From Utricularia gibba (taxonomy: Eukaryota > Plantae > Magnoliophyta): a stretch of DNA of 64,000 nucleotides. A program made the translations under genes and the position numbers. Below, in pieces: positions 48,531 to 64,000 of this stretch. Each line of letters opens with the position of its first letter. Position 1 is the stretch's first letter. The DNA is taken from the NCBI GenBank assembly GCA_002189035.1, contig CM007991.1:3906001-3970000 (forward strand), given 5' to 3'. The notes below the pieces were generated by a model. That model saw nothing but the letters and a program-made list of their open reading frames with translations. It ran no database searches and was not told the DNA's origin.

Positions 48531-50134
48531 CAACTCCAGTTCGAAAGCAACTTGGAAATAAGATTACCTTTAGGGTTGATAATAAAAGATGGCGAAAAGG
48601 GGGAGAACAAGGGATCAAGAGATAGTGAACAGAAAGACAAAGGGATCTATGGTCTCTTTCAATCTATTACCTTGTTGTGGATTCGTAATGGAGACTGATG
48701 GGAAGAAAAGAGCACTTTCCCCTTTTTATGCAAGAACAAAAATGAAGAAGAAAATTGTCATCATCCTTTTGATCTGTTCGGTTCCTTGTCGCTGGCTCCT
48801 GTCTTTTATAGAGTAGCACCAACTATGTCTAGTTTTCGTCTTTACTTTCTTCATACGCCATATACAAATTTTACACTAAAAAAGTTTATTAGGAACACTT
48901 ACTCAGCTTTGTATACAAATATAGGGAAACAGCACCATAACATGGAAGCAGGGATTGGTCCACACCGACCAGCATTGATCATCGATTACTCTGTTTCCTG
49001 TGCCGAGCTCATCAGACTGCTGTGTTTCTTTGGAAGTTTTGTCATTCGTTTAACTCGTGTTTTTCATGCTTAATCCCACTGATACCCAGAGTTAGTGGTT
49101 ATGGGATTTGGAATCAAAAAACACTGTAAAAAGTGGAAGCAGAAAGCAGTACGGTGGGTGCGTGTAGGCGTATCCACGCGGAAGGGTTTGTGGTTCCGAA
49201 AGAGGTGATGCAATGATTATGTCTTGGAACACACTCTTGCTTTGGTGGCCCGTCATCTTCGCCTTTATTCTTCTCCCCTTACAGTCCCTGTCTCCCTTCG
49301 CTTCTCGTCTGCTTCTGCAGTCTTACAGACGACCACCAACAACAACAAAAAAAGCAGATTTTTTTTTCTTTCTTTCTGGGCGTTGAATAATCATGCAATG
49401 AAGCGTAGCAAGACATCTCTCGAGCCCTGGAACCCGCAACACACGTCACGTTACAAGGCGGGCCACGACGTTTTCAGCCCCAGACGAGCAGAGCTTTGCT
49501 GGCTTCACTTCGCTAGAATGAATCAGCAGCAGTAAGTAGACTGTTTCTTGACTCCATTGCTTAATGACATGCGCGCTTTAGACCACGCCCATCATCAAGG
49601 ATTCCCCTCAGATCATGTGGAACATCTCATAATTATGCACCAGCAGAATGATATACTCCACAAACCTCGATTACCAACAAGAAAACCCTAAAATCGAACC
49701 CACAGAACAAGGGGAAAAGGGACCCCAACACAAGAGATATCCATGTCAGGCTTTTATGGTAGATATGTCTTGCTCATGTTGATGATTTTGTGGCCAAGTA
49801 GAATTTTTAGTTTAGGAACATGTACAAGAATGTAAGAACATTCGGTATATTTTAAAATGGTTAATCTGAAAAGGAACCAGAAGCCCGCCTGCGCCAAACC
49901 CCTCCTTTTGACCGAGATGAGTTGAAGGCACCAGGGAAAAAGAACGCAACAACCAACACGACGGTCTACCAGTTTGGTTTGGACGCAAGGCAACAATTGG
50001 TTGGGCTTCTTTTACACCCGTCAACAACGCATACCGTGACACCATTCGTATGCATCTAATTTATATATTCAATTCTTACGATTTTACGTTTTTGTTGTAT
50101 TTACTTTGATTTTCTAGAAATTCATCTATTCAAG

Positions 50135-50486
50135 TGATTTAATATTTAGAGTAACAATAAAAAGATATTAATATAATGATATACATTATTTTATATTTTT
50201 TTTTATATTTCAAGTTTAAAAACATTTCCTAACATAAGAAAAAAGGAAACACTACGGGTTCATAAGCTAGTTAGTCTATATAATAATTTACATTCTTATT
50301 ACAAAATATTATTCATTTTGTACATTCAATTCTTATGCTTTTTATATTTTTGGTATCCTTTCCAAGAAAGTCATCAATTATCAAATTAATTCGGATCATA
50401 AATGATTTAATATTTAGAATAACAATAAAAAATATTAATATAATGATATATGAAACATTATGGGTTCACGAGCTAGTTAGTCTATG
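50135..50486. repeat. Imperfect local direct duplication; the second copy has a ~60-bp internal deletion
   Basis: TGATTTAATATTTAGA(G/A)TAACAATAAAAA...ATATAATGATATA and GGGTTCA(T/C)(A/G)AGCTAGTTAGTCTAT each occur twice (~50135-50280 and ~50402-50486). Confidence 0.7.
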
Positions 50487-53099
50487 CTTTTTTTCATCGG
50501 TAAAAGCAAATTCATCATGTATTTTCATCTATGTTGACATTCATGCCCAATATTTTTAAAGTATGTTTGGGTTATTAAAAAATTTTAAAAATGATCTCAT
50601 ATATTATCTTTATTCGAATCTAATTTTTTTTTATTAAAATCAGACGATGAAACATATTTCTGATATCTTGACAACGTGACGTGGCATCTTGGTTGGTCCA
50701 CATTCCTCCAAAAACCCTTGCAAGGAGCCCCCCACACTTTTCGCCCCTTTCCACTTGTCCCCGCAACAAAATCTTTTTTCTTTTTTGGAATTTCAGGAAA
50801 TGATAATACCGACCCGACCCCACCACCCTGACATCACTCCCACGCTTCCGTGACGTACGGCCCATCCCAAGAACATACTAGTGGACTATTCGTCTGGGCT
50901 AAGCATTTAATAATAATATTTAATTAAATCAGAAATTTTAGACGACTCTCATGGTTGGGCCCGGTTTCAGACCCAGAGCATGGAGTCCGGCCCACATTTA
51001 GTCTCTGTTCTCAAACTATGAACGAAGCCCATACAAACACGGGGCTCAATAAGGGCCCATCAGTTGCCCTATTGCATGTGTTTTCAACTAGAGATGTGTA
51101 CATTGCGAACCTAATTAATCGATAATTTTCAATTCAATTTAATTTTTTGAAATTTATATCAAATATTTAAAATAGGCTACCTACTTGATCCATAGTTATT
51201 AATCAAAATTGTACGCGTGCATGATATAATTGAAATAATAACAATATTGTTTTCATAATAAATTATTCATTTTTTTATTTTTAAAAATGAATGAAAATAG
51301 AAAAATAAAAGAGTTGAAAAGTTGAGTTACTTCCAAAAGTACCAAAAACATGGGTTTTGGAGATGAAAACCAAACAAAAAGATGAAGATTTGGAGTGAAC
51401 CAATAAGAAACAATGAATGTGAATCTTGATTCAAATAGTGCATGTAAACTTGAAGCATGACACATGTTCAATATGTTATACTAAAATAGTGTTGCTCTGT
51501 CATTTATATAGCATTTCGCTCAACTAGTAACATATTTAATCTACTATTGAGTAAGAGTCATATTTCTTCTTGTGATAACATGGGTACACTCATATTAAAA
51601 TCTTAATTTTTCAGCTCAAATTCTTATAGACAAGTATTTATATTTGACATCTTCAATATTATAGGGCACTTCAATTCATCTTAAGATTAACATCACTTAT
51701 TCATTAGAGATTCATGGTTATAAAACATACTTGATAAGGAAAAAACATAATGATCTATATCTGTTTTGTACAATATTATATGATTTGAACATTCAATTTT
51801 TATGATTTTATATTTTCTACATCTTTGGGTCGATTTCCCATAAGGTTCACCTATGCTTATATTACTCTCGTCCAAACATGTTTAACTTTGAAATTTCTAT
51901 TAAGAAACTTCTATCATGCTTAAAAAGTATCTTGCAAGATTTATATAATCATTTTATTCATTCTCATCCTTTCCTCATTCCTAACAGATATGGGATTTGC
52001 TTAGGAGACTTGCGACCTTCCTTGGGCGGGCCATCATATTATCAAAACTCAAATTAAATTTTTAGAAAAGAAAGTATAGTAAACACAATGACAATAATTT
52101 GATGCAAAAATATAAAGATATAAAGAAAAAAGTATCTAGGACACCCATATTGCAATGAGTTTCTTATAGGGGAAGTATCCCAACCTTTTATTGGATTCTT
52201 TATTCTTATCCCATGGTTTGAATAAGTTATTCATATCATCTAATATTTTTATCTAAAAATTTTGTGAATATCTTTTCATATTAGTGTGGATTTTAGTCAA
52301 ACATTCATGTTTTCATGTCTCTTGAGTTTATACTTAGATCCAAATTAATGCACTTCTTAACCAGAAAATTATTAGACATTAATTTTTTTTTCTTTAAATT
52401 CAATCGAAAATATTATAAAAATTCATAAAAAATATACTTTCACTTTAAAAATACCACATTGATGCAAATGATATAAAATTAATAAAAAATAATGAAAAAA
52501 ATAAATAAATAAATTTTAAAAAGTGATGTAATGGAACGACCAGCACCCTCTTTTGAATGACCCCATCCTAAAATGGAAGGGGGTAAAGGATGAGGTTCAT
52601 CTACTACAGTTAGTTTATCCCTTCCTGTCCACAAGAGGCAAACCAATCATCTGCAACATCCACTCAGAAACTAGCCCAGAGATAGGGATGCAGGTAGCCT
52701 GTCTTCAGGGCAGTGCCAGCAGTCAGCCACAGAAAGACAGGTATGCAGGCACCCTTGCATACGAAATTAGGTTTCTTCTTTCAAATGCATAGTAGAACAG
52801 TGTCCCCTCCTGTCAAATGCAACATGCTCGATCTCAACTCTCCGACCCCAGTAAGTGAAAACCCTATCCTTCAGTGTTTGCCTCTCACTTGTTTCTGTTT
52901 TGTTTTTTCCGTTCTCTTATCATCATGTGTGAGTGTGGTATGGTCAGTGCCAGCTCTGCTTTATTCTGTTTCATGTAGCCTTTATCTACTGTTGAATTAG
53001 CCAAGAAAGAAGGATGTGTTTTAGCTTTGCTTTGTACTGTCCCTTCTTTTTTTGTTACTGGTCCGGAAGGCGTTTGTTTCTAGTTCTGAATCAAAAGAA

Positions 53100-53999
53100 A
53101 TGTTTGATTGGTTCAGCATTGATAATCTTCTTTTGGAATGCGGATTCACAAGCCTATCAGAGAATGCTGGAAATGCAGCGGCCATGGCTTTGGGGTCAGC
53201 AGAGTTTGCTGGTCCTTTTCTGGAGGAGCATGAGTTTCCCTTGAACCAGATGCTGAATCGGGAAGAAGCAGGCATCAAGGAGGATTCAACTTCAAAGCTA
53301 GGGATTCTGCAGAAGCAGGGATCAGGGCAGAAAGATAGGCACAGTAAGATTTACACTGCGAAGGGATATAGAGATAGGAGGGTGAGGCTGTCTCTTCAAG
53401 TGGCTCGTAAGTTCTTTGATCTTCAAGATTTGTTGGGCTACGACAAATCCAGTAAAACCATTGGTTGGTTGCTCGATCAATGCAACAAAGAAATAAAAGA
53501 TCTCAAGGATTTACAGCCAGGCAACTGGGTAAAAGAGGGGAAAACTGAATCTGAAAGTGAGGACAAGGTATCCGCTGTTGTTCAACACAAGTCAAGAAAT
53601 AAAAGGGTTGTTTCTAAGAAACCAAGAAAAAGGGCTTGCGAAAGGGATATGAAGGAGTCGAGGGAGAAGGCAAGAGCTAGGGCAAGGTGTAGAACAAGGG
53701 AACAAAGACTTATCAAGAAGCAGATGAGCCAATGGAGCCCTAATTTTTTTGAAGAACCCGATCAAGGATCACACATAAGTGTTCATTCTCACAACAGAGA
53801 TGTGGGTACAATTGAAAAGCTTTTGGGCACTGAAACTGCAGCTACCACATCAACTTCTTGCCCTAGTTTTTCAACATTTTGCTACCTCCCTGCCACAGCA
53901 GACAGCCATTTCCAGGAACTTACTGGAAATTGGGAAATTCAGGAGAATAACAAACAGTTCGCATCCGTAGACCAGCCGGTTTACTCGTTGCTTCCATGA
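53100..53999 (+). CDS. CYC/TB1-clade TCP transcription factor (BRC2/TCP12- or CYC-like)
   Basis: TCP domain [48 protein letters not shown] and R domain [15 protein letters not shown]. The first in-frame ATG is at 53100. The start codon and a possible 3' intron are uncertain. Confidence 0.88.
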   Translation: MFDWFSIDNLLLECGFTSLSENAGNAAAMALGSAEFAGPFLEEHEFPLNQMLNREEAGIKEDSTSKLGILQKQGSGQKDRHSKIYTAKGYRDRRVRLSLQVARKFFDLQDLLGYDKSSKTIGWLLDQCNKEIKDLKDLQPGNWVKEGKTESESEDKVSAVVQHKSRNKRVVSKKPRKRACERDMKESREKARARARCRTREQRLIKKQMSQWSPNFFEEPDQGSHISVHSHNRDVGTIEKLLGTETAATTSTSCPSFSTFCYLPATADSHFQELTGNWEIQENNKQFASVDQPVYSLLP

Positions 54000-55314
54000 C
54001 ATTTGAGGTATATGGATGTGTCTGATCTGAATTCGAATTCAATTCATGTGCTTATTGTAGGGGTCGTTAAAGGAGTTGTTTTCAAGCGGTAGCCTGTTAA
54101 GCTTTCAAGTCCCATGTCTAGAGTAATTGTGAATGCTGAATCTTGCTGGGAGACCGGGTGGTTTAGCCCCCATTCACCATGATGAAGTTCTTGTTCGTGT
54201 ATCTCACTGGGCAGAATCAGCCACAGTGTTTGACCCATTTTACTTTTCTAGCGTACTTGGTCTTGCCGGTGCTACTTCCTTTTTAGCTTGGCATCTATAC
54301 ATTCATCAACGTTGGCTGCTGCTGGTGTTGCTCCTTAGTTGGGAGATAAGGAAAATAAGGAGGCGTCTGATAAGAGTGTTAGTATCGTATGTACATTGAT
54401 GGTGCAGGCATCCAAAATGGCTTTGGCTGTTAAGATCCATATCTAAATTTAGAACTACAAAAGTAGCCATCACTAGAGATGGAAATGGGCCACCAAAATC
54501 CTCGAAAAAACCACTCTGTAAAGCAAGGATCTGACTTTTTTCTGACATATTTGAGAATCTCTAGGCTGGATCCTTAGGGTTTGCGATCACTGTTTGAATT
54601 CAGAGTCAACAGTTGCTTTCGGGGGCCTCCCAGTCCCACCACTATTCGTCTCCCCTTTTGCTGTAATCTTCTACACCATAGAATCGAACCTTAATATCCG
54701 ACACACCGTATGAGGTGTCACCTTCTTATTGTGCGCATTTAAGTAGTAGAGCACATCAGTGAGAAGAAGGAATGTGCTGCTTCTACCTCATGGATCCCTT
54801 GGGTTCATCTTAAGGAACACAAACAAGCACATCAATGTAGCTTTGCCAACTTGCTGCAACTGATCCTTCTGCTTTGGAAATCGGTAAAAAAAAAAAAAAC
54901 TTGCGCTTCCGTGGCTTGGATTTGCAGGCATCAGGTCCCAATTCTTCCTGCCATGTGTATTCGTATATAGGGTTTATGATGTGGGTTTTTGTACGGATGT
55001 ATCTCTGTAGTCAAGATATGTTTCCATCATTGTACTGCACCTCTGCGGCGAAGCTCTTTGTCTCTCCCTCAGTGCACAAAAAATGGCCAAATATGGAATG
55101 AAGTGCTTAATGAATAAAGTTAAAACTTTGGAAGTCGCAAATAGCCTCGAAACCTGTGTAGTAACCAACAGGGTTTTGTATGAAGGCGGTTGGATTTGCT
55201 TTATATTCAAAATAAGTGGTGTTTGCAACAAAACCCAGAATAATACACTTGTAGTTGCCTCTGCAGCCATGAGCTAGGGATATTCATGGGGAAAGTATGT
55301 CCATAGATGGTGAA

Positions 55315-58300
55315 TTATGAACCTTTTTGTGTGTTCTGGTCTCGTGTTGCTTGTGTGCAGACTCTGCTTCGTAGCTCTTCAAAAGCCTTCATGCTTTCTG
55401 CATCAAATCCTCCGGCAAACTGCAACGAAGTTCCATCCGGTCGTGTGTTAGATTTCTGCTTTTCTGGCAGCGTTTCATAAGTGCATTGGAGTAAAGAATG
55501 TCGTAGTGCTGTACCTGGTGGACACGGAAAGCAAAACGAACACCTTGAAGAATCAGCAACTCTCTGATAGGCTCTTTCTCTGGTTCATTCATAGCGTCGA
55601 GTTCCGTTGCCACTCGCTTCATGTATTTCTGAGCTAATTTTACTGAAGAAAGCTTGATCTGCAAAGGAAAGATTTTCTTTGATGGATCATGAACATGAAG
55701 GGAAATGAAGCAAATTTGAGAACCGCCATTTGACTTGAGTTACCGTTCCAAGTACTCCACAATCCTGTAGCCAGTCAACTGGGATGCAGAATTCCTTGTA
55801 CCGTGAAACAGCAATGTCCCTAGTTCGCAGCAAAGCATATACACTCTCTTCCACTCTAACAAAGCAGGAGAAAAATGTCCCTAGTTCAGTGAGAAGATTT
55901 TTTTCTGGAGTCTGGAGTTCAGAGAGATCAAAGATGCAAATTTTACTTACTTTTCAAGCAGTGTGTACATCTCCTTGAAAGCAGCATCACAAGGAAGATT
56001 TGGGTCGTCGACGAAAGATGAAACTAGCTTCTCCAGCTTCATCAGATCCTGATACTCGAATGCTGCCTCTCTCAAGGCGTCTGTTTTGCCCTCCGGCCAA
56101 TCAAAATGCATGAGGACAGCACGCTCATCGACCTAAAAGAGATGTAAGTAGTATCAAAAAACTCGTGAACGCTCTCACAGATTTAGAATGGATTGATGAT
56201 CAATGAGGGGTGTACTAAGAATGAGAGCTCTTCATCCAGCCAATTGACAAAAGCAACCAGATCATCCATGTCTGTAAATGATGATGCTCGAACTTCAGCC
56301 GCCAGTGAAATGATAAAATCTGCTTGTGTCTCTACATCAGCTTTAACCTGAATCAAGACTAGAGTTTTTTACCTGTCACTGAGAAAGTTAATTAGCATTC
56401 ATATTGAAGGCATGAGTTGGAAACTCACAGCCAAAAGGAAGGATGATCGATTTGCCATCTCGCTAATCATGTTGCTCCTTGCGTCCAAGGTGTTAGATGA
56501 CAGGGAAATCAAAGATGAATCCTCTTTTTTGGCCTCACGTTTTATCAATACCTGATAAAACGCAACTAGTTCTGGAGCACGGTGAACTTTGTCACTACCT
56601 CCAGTACCCTTTGATAGGCTTCCTGGTGCCGGTGGAGGAGGCCCTCCACCAGGTGGTGGTGTCAGCAGCAGTTCTCTGTTTGGAGCATTCGTGTTTACAC
56701 TGGCAGATGAAGCTCCGGCTGAGGGCTTAGGAGGTGGCCTCGGCACTCTGGGAGCTCGTTTCTCGATCTGGGGTAGATGCATTTTGCTCATGATAGGAGA
56801 AATCATAGTGTTTTCATTGGATGAATCATTTGAATTACCAGATAAATCTGGTTTCTCTTTCATGAGAGCAAGTTTTGGAGAAAGAGATACAGGTTTACCA
56901 TCCCCTCCTACGGGATCAACATATTTTACAGCTCTTGCATGCTCAGCTTTTTCCCTGATCTTCTTCTCTCTTTCCGAAGCAAGCTTATGCCGATCCTTAG
57001 AAGCCAGATACTTCTCTTCAACTACAAGTTCAACTGATTTGGACATCAATTGGAAAGATGCTGCAATAGAGTGAAGTCCATCAGATGGAAGATCTTGAAC
57101 TTGAGTCTGATCTGATTTCAGTGTCTCCAGAGAATTTAAATCATCGTTTTCAGATGCCCCAACTGATGTTATAGCCATACCATCTCCAGCATTTCTCAGG
57201 ATTAAGCCTTCCAGAGAGCCTGCAACAGGTCTTGCACTTGAACCTGAAGTATCTTTCCTCTTTCCCAATCTCTTCAGCTTTTGAAGAAAACTTGGCTTTT
57301 TGTTTCTGCTGACTCTACTAACAGAACTATCTGTAGAAGTGCTATCCATCTCCTCACTATCGATAGACGTGTTATCAAAGTTACTCTCAGTATCAGTATG
57401 CCCTCGCTCCGATAAAACATATTCTAGCAACAGATGTTTAGCCTTCTCCCCTGATCTCGGGCTCAGGCTCCTTTCCAGATCACGAGCAGGTATTCTTCCT
57501 GAAGGGGTTTGATAGTTCTGAAGCTCGTATCTCAGACGAGCATTGACCCATCGGAGATACACTAGCTCCTCAACTTCAGCAAAGCTGTTCATCTGAAGCC
57601 CTTCCACTTGTTTACAAAGATCCTCGTTTTTATGCCTCAGTGCAACAAGCTGTTCTCGTGCCTTCGCAACCATTTCTGTCTGGAACAACAGAAAGTTAAA
57701 TCCAGGAATCAATGAGGTTTAGTAAAAATGGGCAACGAGTTAGACGTCGGTTTGAAAAACACATTACCTCAGGGATGGTGGAAAGCATCTTAATATTAGA
57801 TTCAGCAGCTTCCAGCCTAGCTATCAATTCCCTTTTCTCATGCTGAAGCTCCCTGTTCTTCTTGAGCTCTATCAACTCCTCCTCCAAATCTTTCACAGTT
57901 TTAAGCTTCTTCTCAACTTCTTCATCTTTCAGAACAGCTTTCTGCTCCTTAGCTTGGAGAGCGCTAACTTGCTGCTTTAGCAACAGAAGCTGACCTTTCG
58001 TTTGGCCAACTTCAAGCTGAATTTGCTCCTGTAGTTCCTTTATCCTCATCCTTGCTTTCTCAAGCTCTTTCTTTGCAGTAGCACATTCAAAAACCTCATC
58101 TTTTAGCTTCTTCCTTTCAGCTTGCAAAGAATTTATAGTTACATGAAGCATATCAATTTCTTCAGTCTTCACCTGGAGTTGTTTTTGTAACTCAACAATA
58201 CTCGATTCTTGCTCCTTCAACCCGTAATACTCCAGAAGCTCATGCTCGAGCTTTACTTCCCTTGCTTCCAGCTCTTTCACAAGATTCCTCAGTCGTTCAA

Positions 58301-58831
58301 CTTCACTAGCATTGTTCCCCATTTCATGCTCATAAGCCATGTTAGCAGAGGCATCGAATTTGTCAGCAGGCAAAGAAAAATCAATTTCCCGGGATAGAAG
58401 TGACTCGAATTCTGCTAAAACCTCATCTTCGGAGCCAGCTGAACTTACAACGTTGCTGATCGATTTCACTTCTTCTTTCTCCTCTCCCACTTCAAACTGC
58501 GAGAACTACATCTGTTAGAGCAGAAGAATCAAATCTTTGGACCAAGATACACATAAAAACTATAAACCTACGTCTTCGAACTCCTCCTCCTCAGGGACAA
58601 TCTCTCCATCATTACCATACATTTCAACGGGTACTTCATCTTTTTCTAAACAGTACAAGAAACAGAAATCACAGTTATGGATAATGAGAAAAAAAACAGC
58701 AAGGAAACAAAGGAAAGCTGAGAGTATTCACTTGGTGGTTTCACGGGGTCATAAGATTTCTGGACACTTATCTTTCTAATAGTGTAGACTGCAAGCGTCG
58801 CCGCGAGGAGAGCGCCCAGTTGGACAATCAT
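55315..58831 (-). CDS. CHUP1: CHLOROPLAST UNUSUAL POSITIONING 1; exons 58831-58732, 58645-58572, 58496-57768, 57679-56429, 56347-56216, 56132-55951, 55855-55744, 55658-55515, 55419-55315
   Basis: N-terminal hydrophobic anchor (MIVQLGALLAATLAVY), coiled coil LLEYYGLKEQES, EVEELVYLRWVN, a proline-rich motif, KVHRAPEL, and C-terminal RFAFRVHQFAGGFDAESMKAFEELR. Confidence 0.93.
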
Positions 58832-59637
58832 GGAAGAATGAAGGATACCAGCATATGAAACTCTCTACGCATTTACAGCTAAAATCAACAGAAACATGCA
58901 GAAGAGGCTAAAAAAAAAGATCTTTCCGGCAACCCATCAAACAAAACCAACTATAAATTCTCAAAAAACACCAAATGAATCACAATAAAGCTTCTGAGTA
59001 TCATCTTCTCATGAAAGCTGACACACAAAGATGAAAAACGTGATTCGGCACAATCTTCTTTTGGACACAAGCCTCTTACGCAGGGAAGGTCGAAACCGCC
59101 GCTCTCTTGCTCCCAAAGGCACGGGTTGAAATTTCAAAAAAGACCAACTTTCAAAACACTTAAGTTGAGTTAATGAAGCGGACAAAAACTGTCTTGGAAT
59201 CATTGGCTGCCAAAGCCTAGGACAATCTTCATGTTTGATTCAGTGTGAAAAACGAAAAACGTGCAACAGATTTTTGGCTTTAAACATCAAGGCGTGTGAC
59301 TTTTGGTCCCAATCAACCCTGTTCGCAATTGTGGCAAGAATGACAAGTTTCTTGGTTTCGAGTTCGGGAATGCAAAGCCATTGAAGTGTAGGTCTTTAAT
59401 GTCGCAACTGTTTCTTTCAACCATTATTTCCTGCAACAGATGAGAGCTCTTTAAGAAAGGCTGCTCATGGATTAATGCAATGCAATTAAAAGTTTCTTTT
59501 CAACACTTGAGTATAGGAATGAAAGCGGACAGGGGTATCTCAAGTGATTGAAACCCATAGAATCATTGTTCAACATACATGACAGGCATTCAGGTTTTAA
59601 ACAGGGCTGTAAGAGTAGAGCATGTTACTATTGCACC

Positions 59638-62635
<2,998 letters not shown>

Positions 62636-64000
62636 CTTCCTTCTATAATTCTTACCGGCGCTAAGCTCGACTCTAAAATCAATTGGCGAAGTGATGGTTC
62701 ACGATTGCATCCGACATTATACAGATGAGTCGGATTTTGTACACTTTAGGGTTCCAGTTTTAAATATTTTCAATTGAGTCCTCTAACTATTCTGAATTAG
62801 GTTCGGCCCCTCTTAGAATAGATAAATTAGATTTTGCATGCCAGGGTTCAATTTCTGAATATTTACGATTACACCCTCCAACTACTGCAAATTGGAGGCA
62901 CCGCCACCCTTCCAGTTTTCCCCTCTTCTTCCGATACCCAGACGAGTGACGACGGACGGACTAGCTCACAAGGTTGAGACCTATGGTCGGCGCTGTTAGA
63001 TAGGAGTGACTCGGACAAGATGGTGGATTTTCTTATCCGCAGTGTCTTCTAACGTTTCTGTTATAATTAGAGTAGGAAAAGGAGCTACAAATATGGAAGT
63101 CTGGTAATTTTTAGGAGGTGGGTTCGTTAGACAGGGTGTCTAAGAGGAATGATAATGGAGGGAGATGTGAGAGACTCTCCAAGATGATTTAGTGAAGCTT
63201 TTTTTCCAGTCGAATGGCTGTAACTTCTCTATCATCTGTAATTATGTCAGTAGTTGGCTTAATGGAGAGGAAATTTACAATCTTGCTGTTGCTTGCGGGT
63301 GTTGAAGTTAGTTTTTCTGGTACTGCATATTTGCAGTTACTTGCTATCTTTTTGTAGACTGATGGTTTTTCTTTGCTTTGTTTAGAAAACATAAACATGA
63401 GCGTAGCACGATTGGTTGAAAACTTAGAAAAGAGGTTACTGATGTTTTGAAATCTAAAGGTGCTCTGATGCAACTCAATGGAGGGGTTGTATGTTGATTG
63501 TTTATGGTATTAGTAATTGCTAAAAGCACGTGTTGCGAGAATTCAGTGAATCAATCGAGAAACATATTTTACTTGCTGCACAGATATGTTGTAGTGTTCC
63601 TTCTCGTTATCAAACTTTTAGGTAGATTCCAGCACCTTGCATTGTTCGTGGGGTTTGGAGTTAAGGTATACAATATGTTGCAATTCCATTGCAACATTGT
63701 TAATACTACAAGATTCAGCCTTGTGAGTTGTCTATCTGGAATTTAATCTATCCTTTGTTTCTCACCTTGACTGCTGCTGCATCCGTTTGTTGAGAATTTT
63801 AGTGCATCTAGTATAAAACCTTCCGATAGCCTCAAGGGTCACGACCTTCTAGGGGAAGATACCTTTTTTGTGGTTAATTGTGAAAAAGCAGCAAATTTAG
63901 TTATTGTTGCTTGAGCAGAGGAACCATATAATCAAGCTTTCGGAAAGTATTTGGGATGTGATAGGTATGATTATATGCTTTGGAGTCTCCTGGTTTTGGG

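Overview
Gene-dense eudicot plant nuclear DNA with spliceosomal GT-AG genes and AT-rich spacers. I can support about 20 protein-coding genes in 64 kb, many with very short introns (59-125 nt), which points to a compact genome. In order: a 5'-partial membrane-protein gene with a 1-nt frameshift; two tandem PLS-class PPR genes; a small uncharacterised 3-exon gene; a class II LBD; a CONSTANS-like BBX; a CRF-type AP2/ERF; an acidic uncharacterised protein; starch synthase II; a USP; a small HMA-domain gene missed by the ORF track; a PP2A A subunit; a PERIANTHIA-like TGA bZIP with a 1-nt frameshift; an A1 aspartic protease; a malectin-LRR receptor-like protein; a TMO5/bHLH30-like bHLH; a CYC/TB1 TCP; CHUP1; and DCP5. 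From memory, this gene set matches paralogous Arabidopsis blocks around At1g13xxx, At1g25xxx, At1g68xxx and At3g25xxx. I found no tRNA, rRNA or intact transposon, only weak hAT and Copia remnants, and no clearly new multi-gene system. The best leads are the TGA frameshift, a well-supported GC-AG intron in PP2A-A plus a candidate one in USP, a degenerate CLE-like 12-mer next to the TCP gene, the hidden HMA micro-gene, and a few unexplained GC-rich islands and small ORFs. Exon boundaries were read by eye, and Arabidopsis locus IDs are recalled rather than searched.
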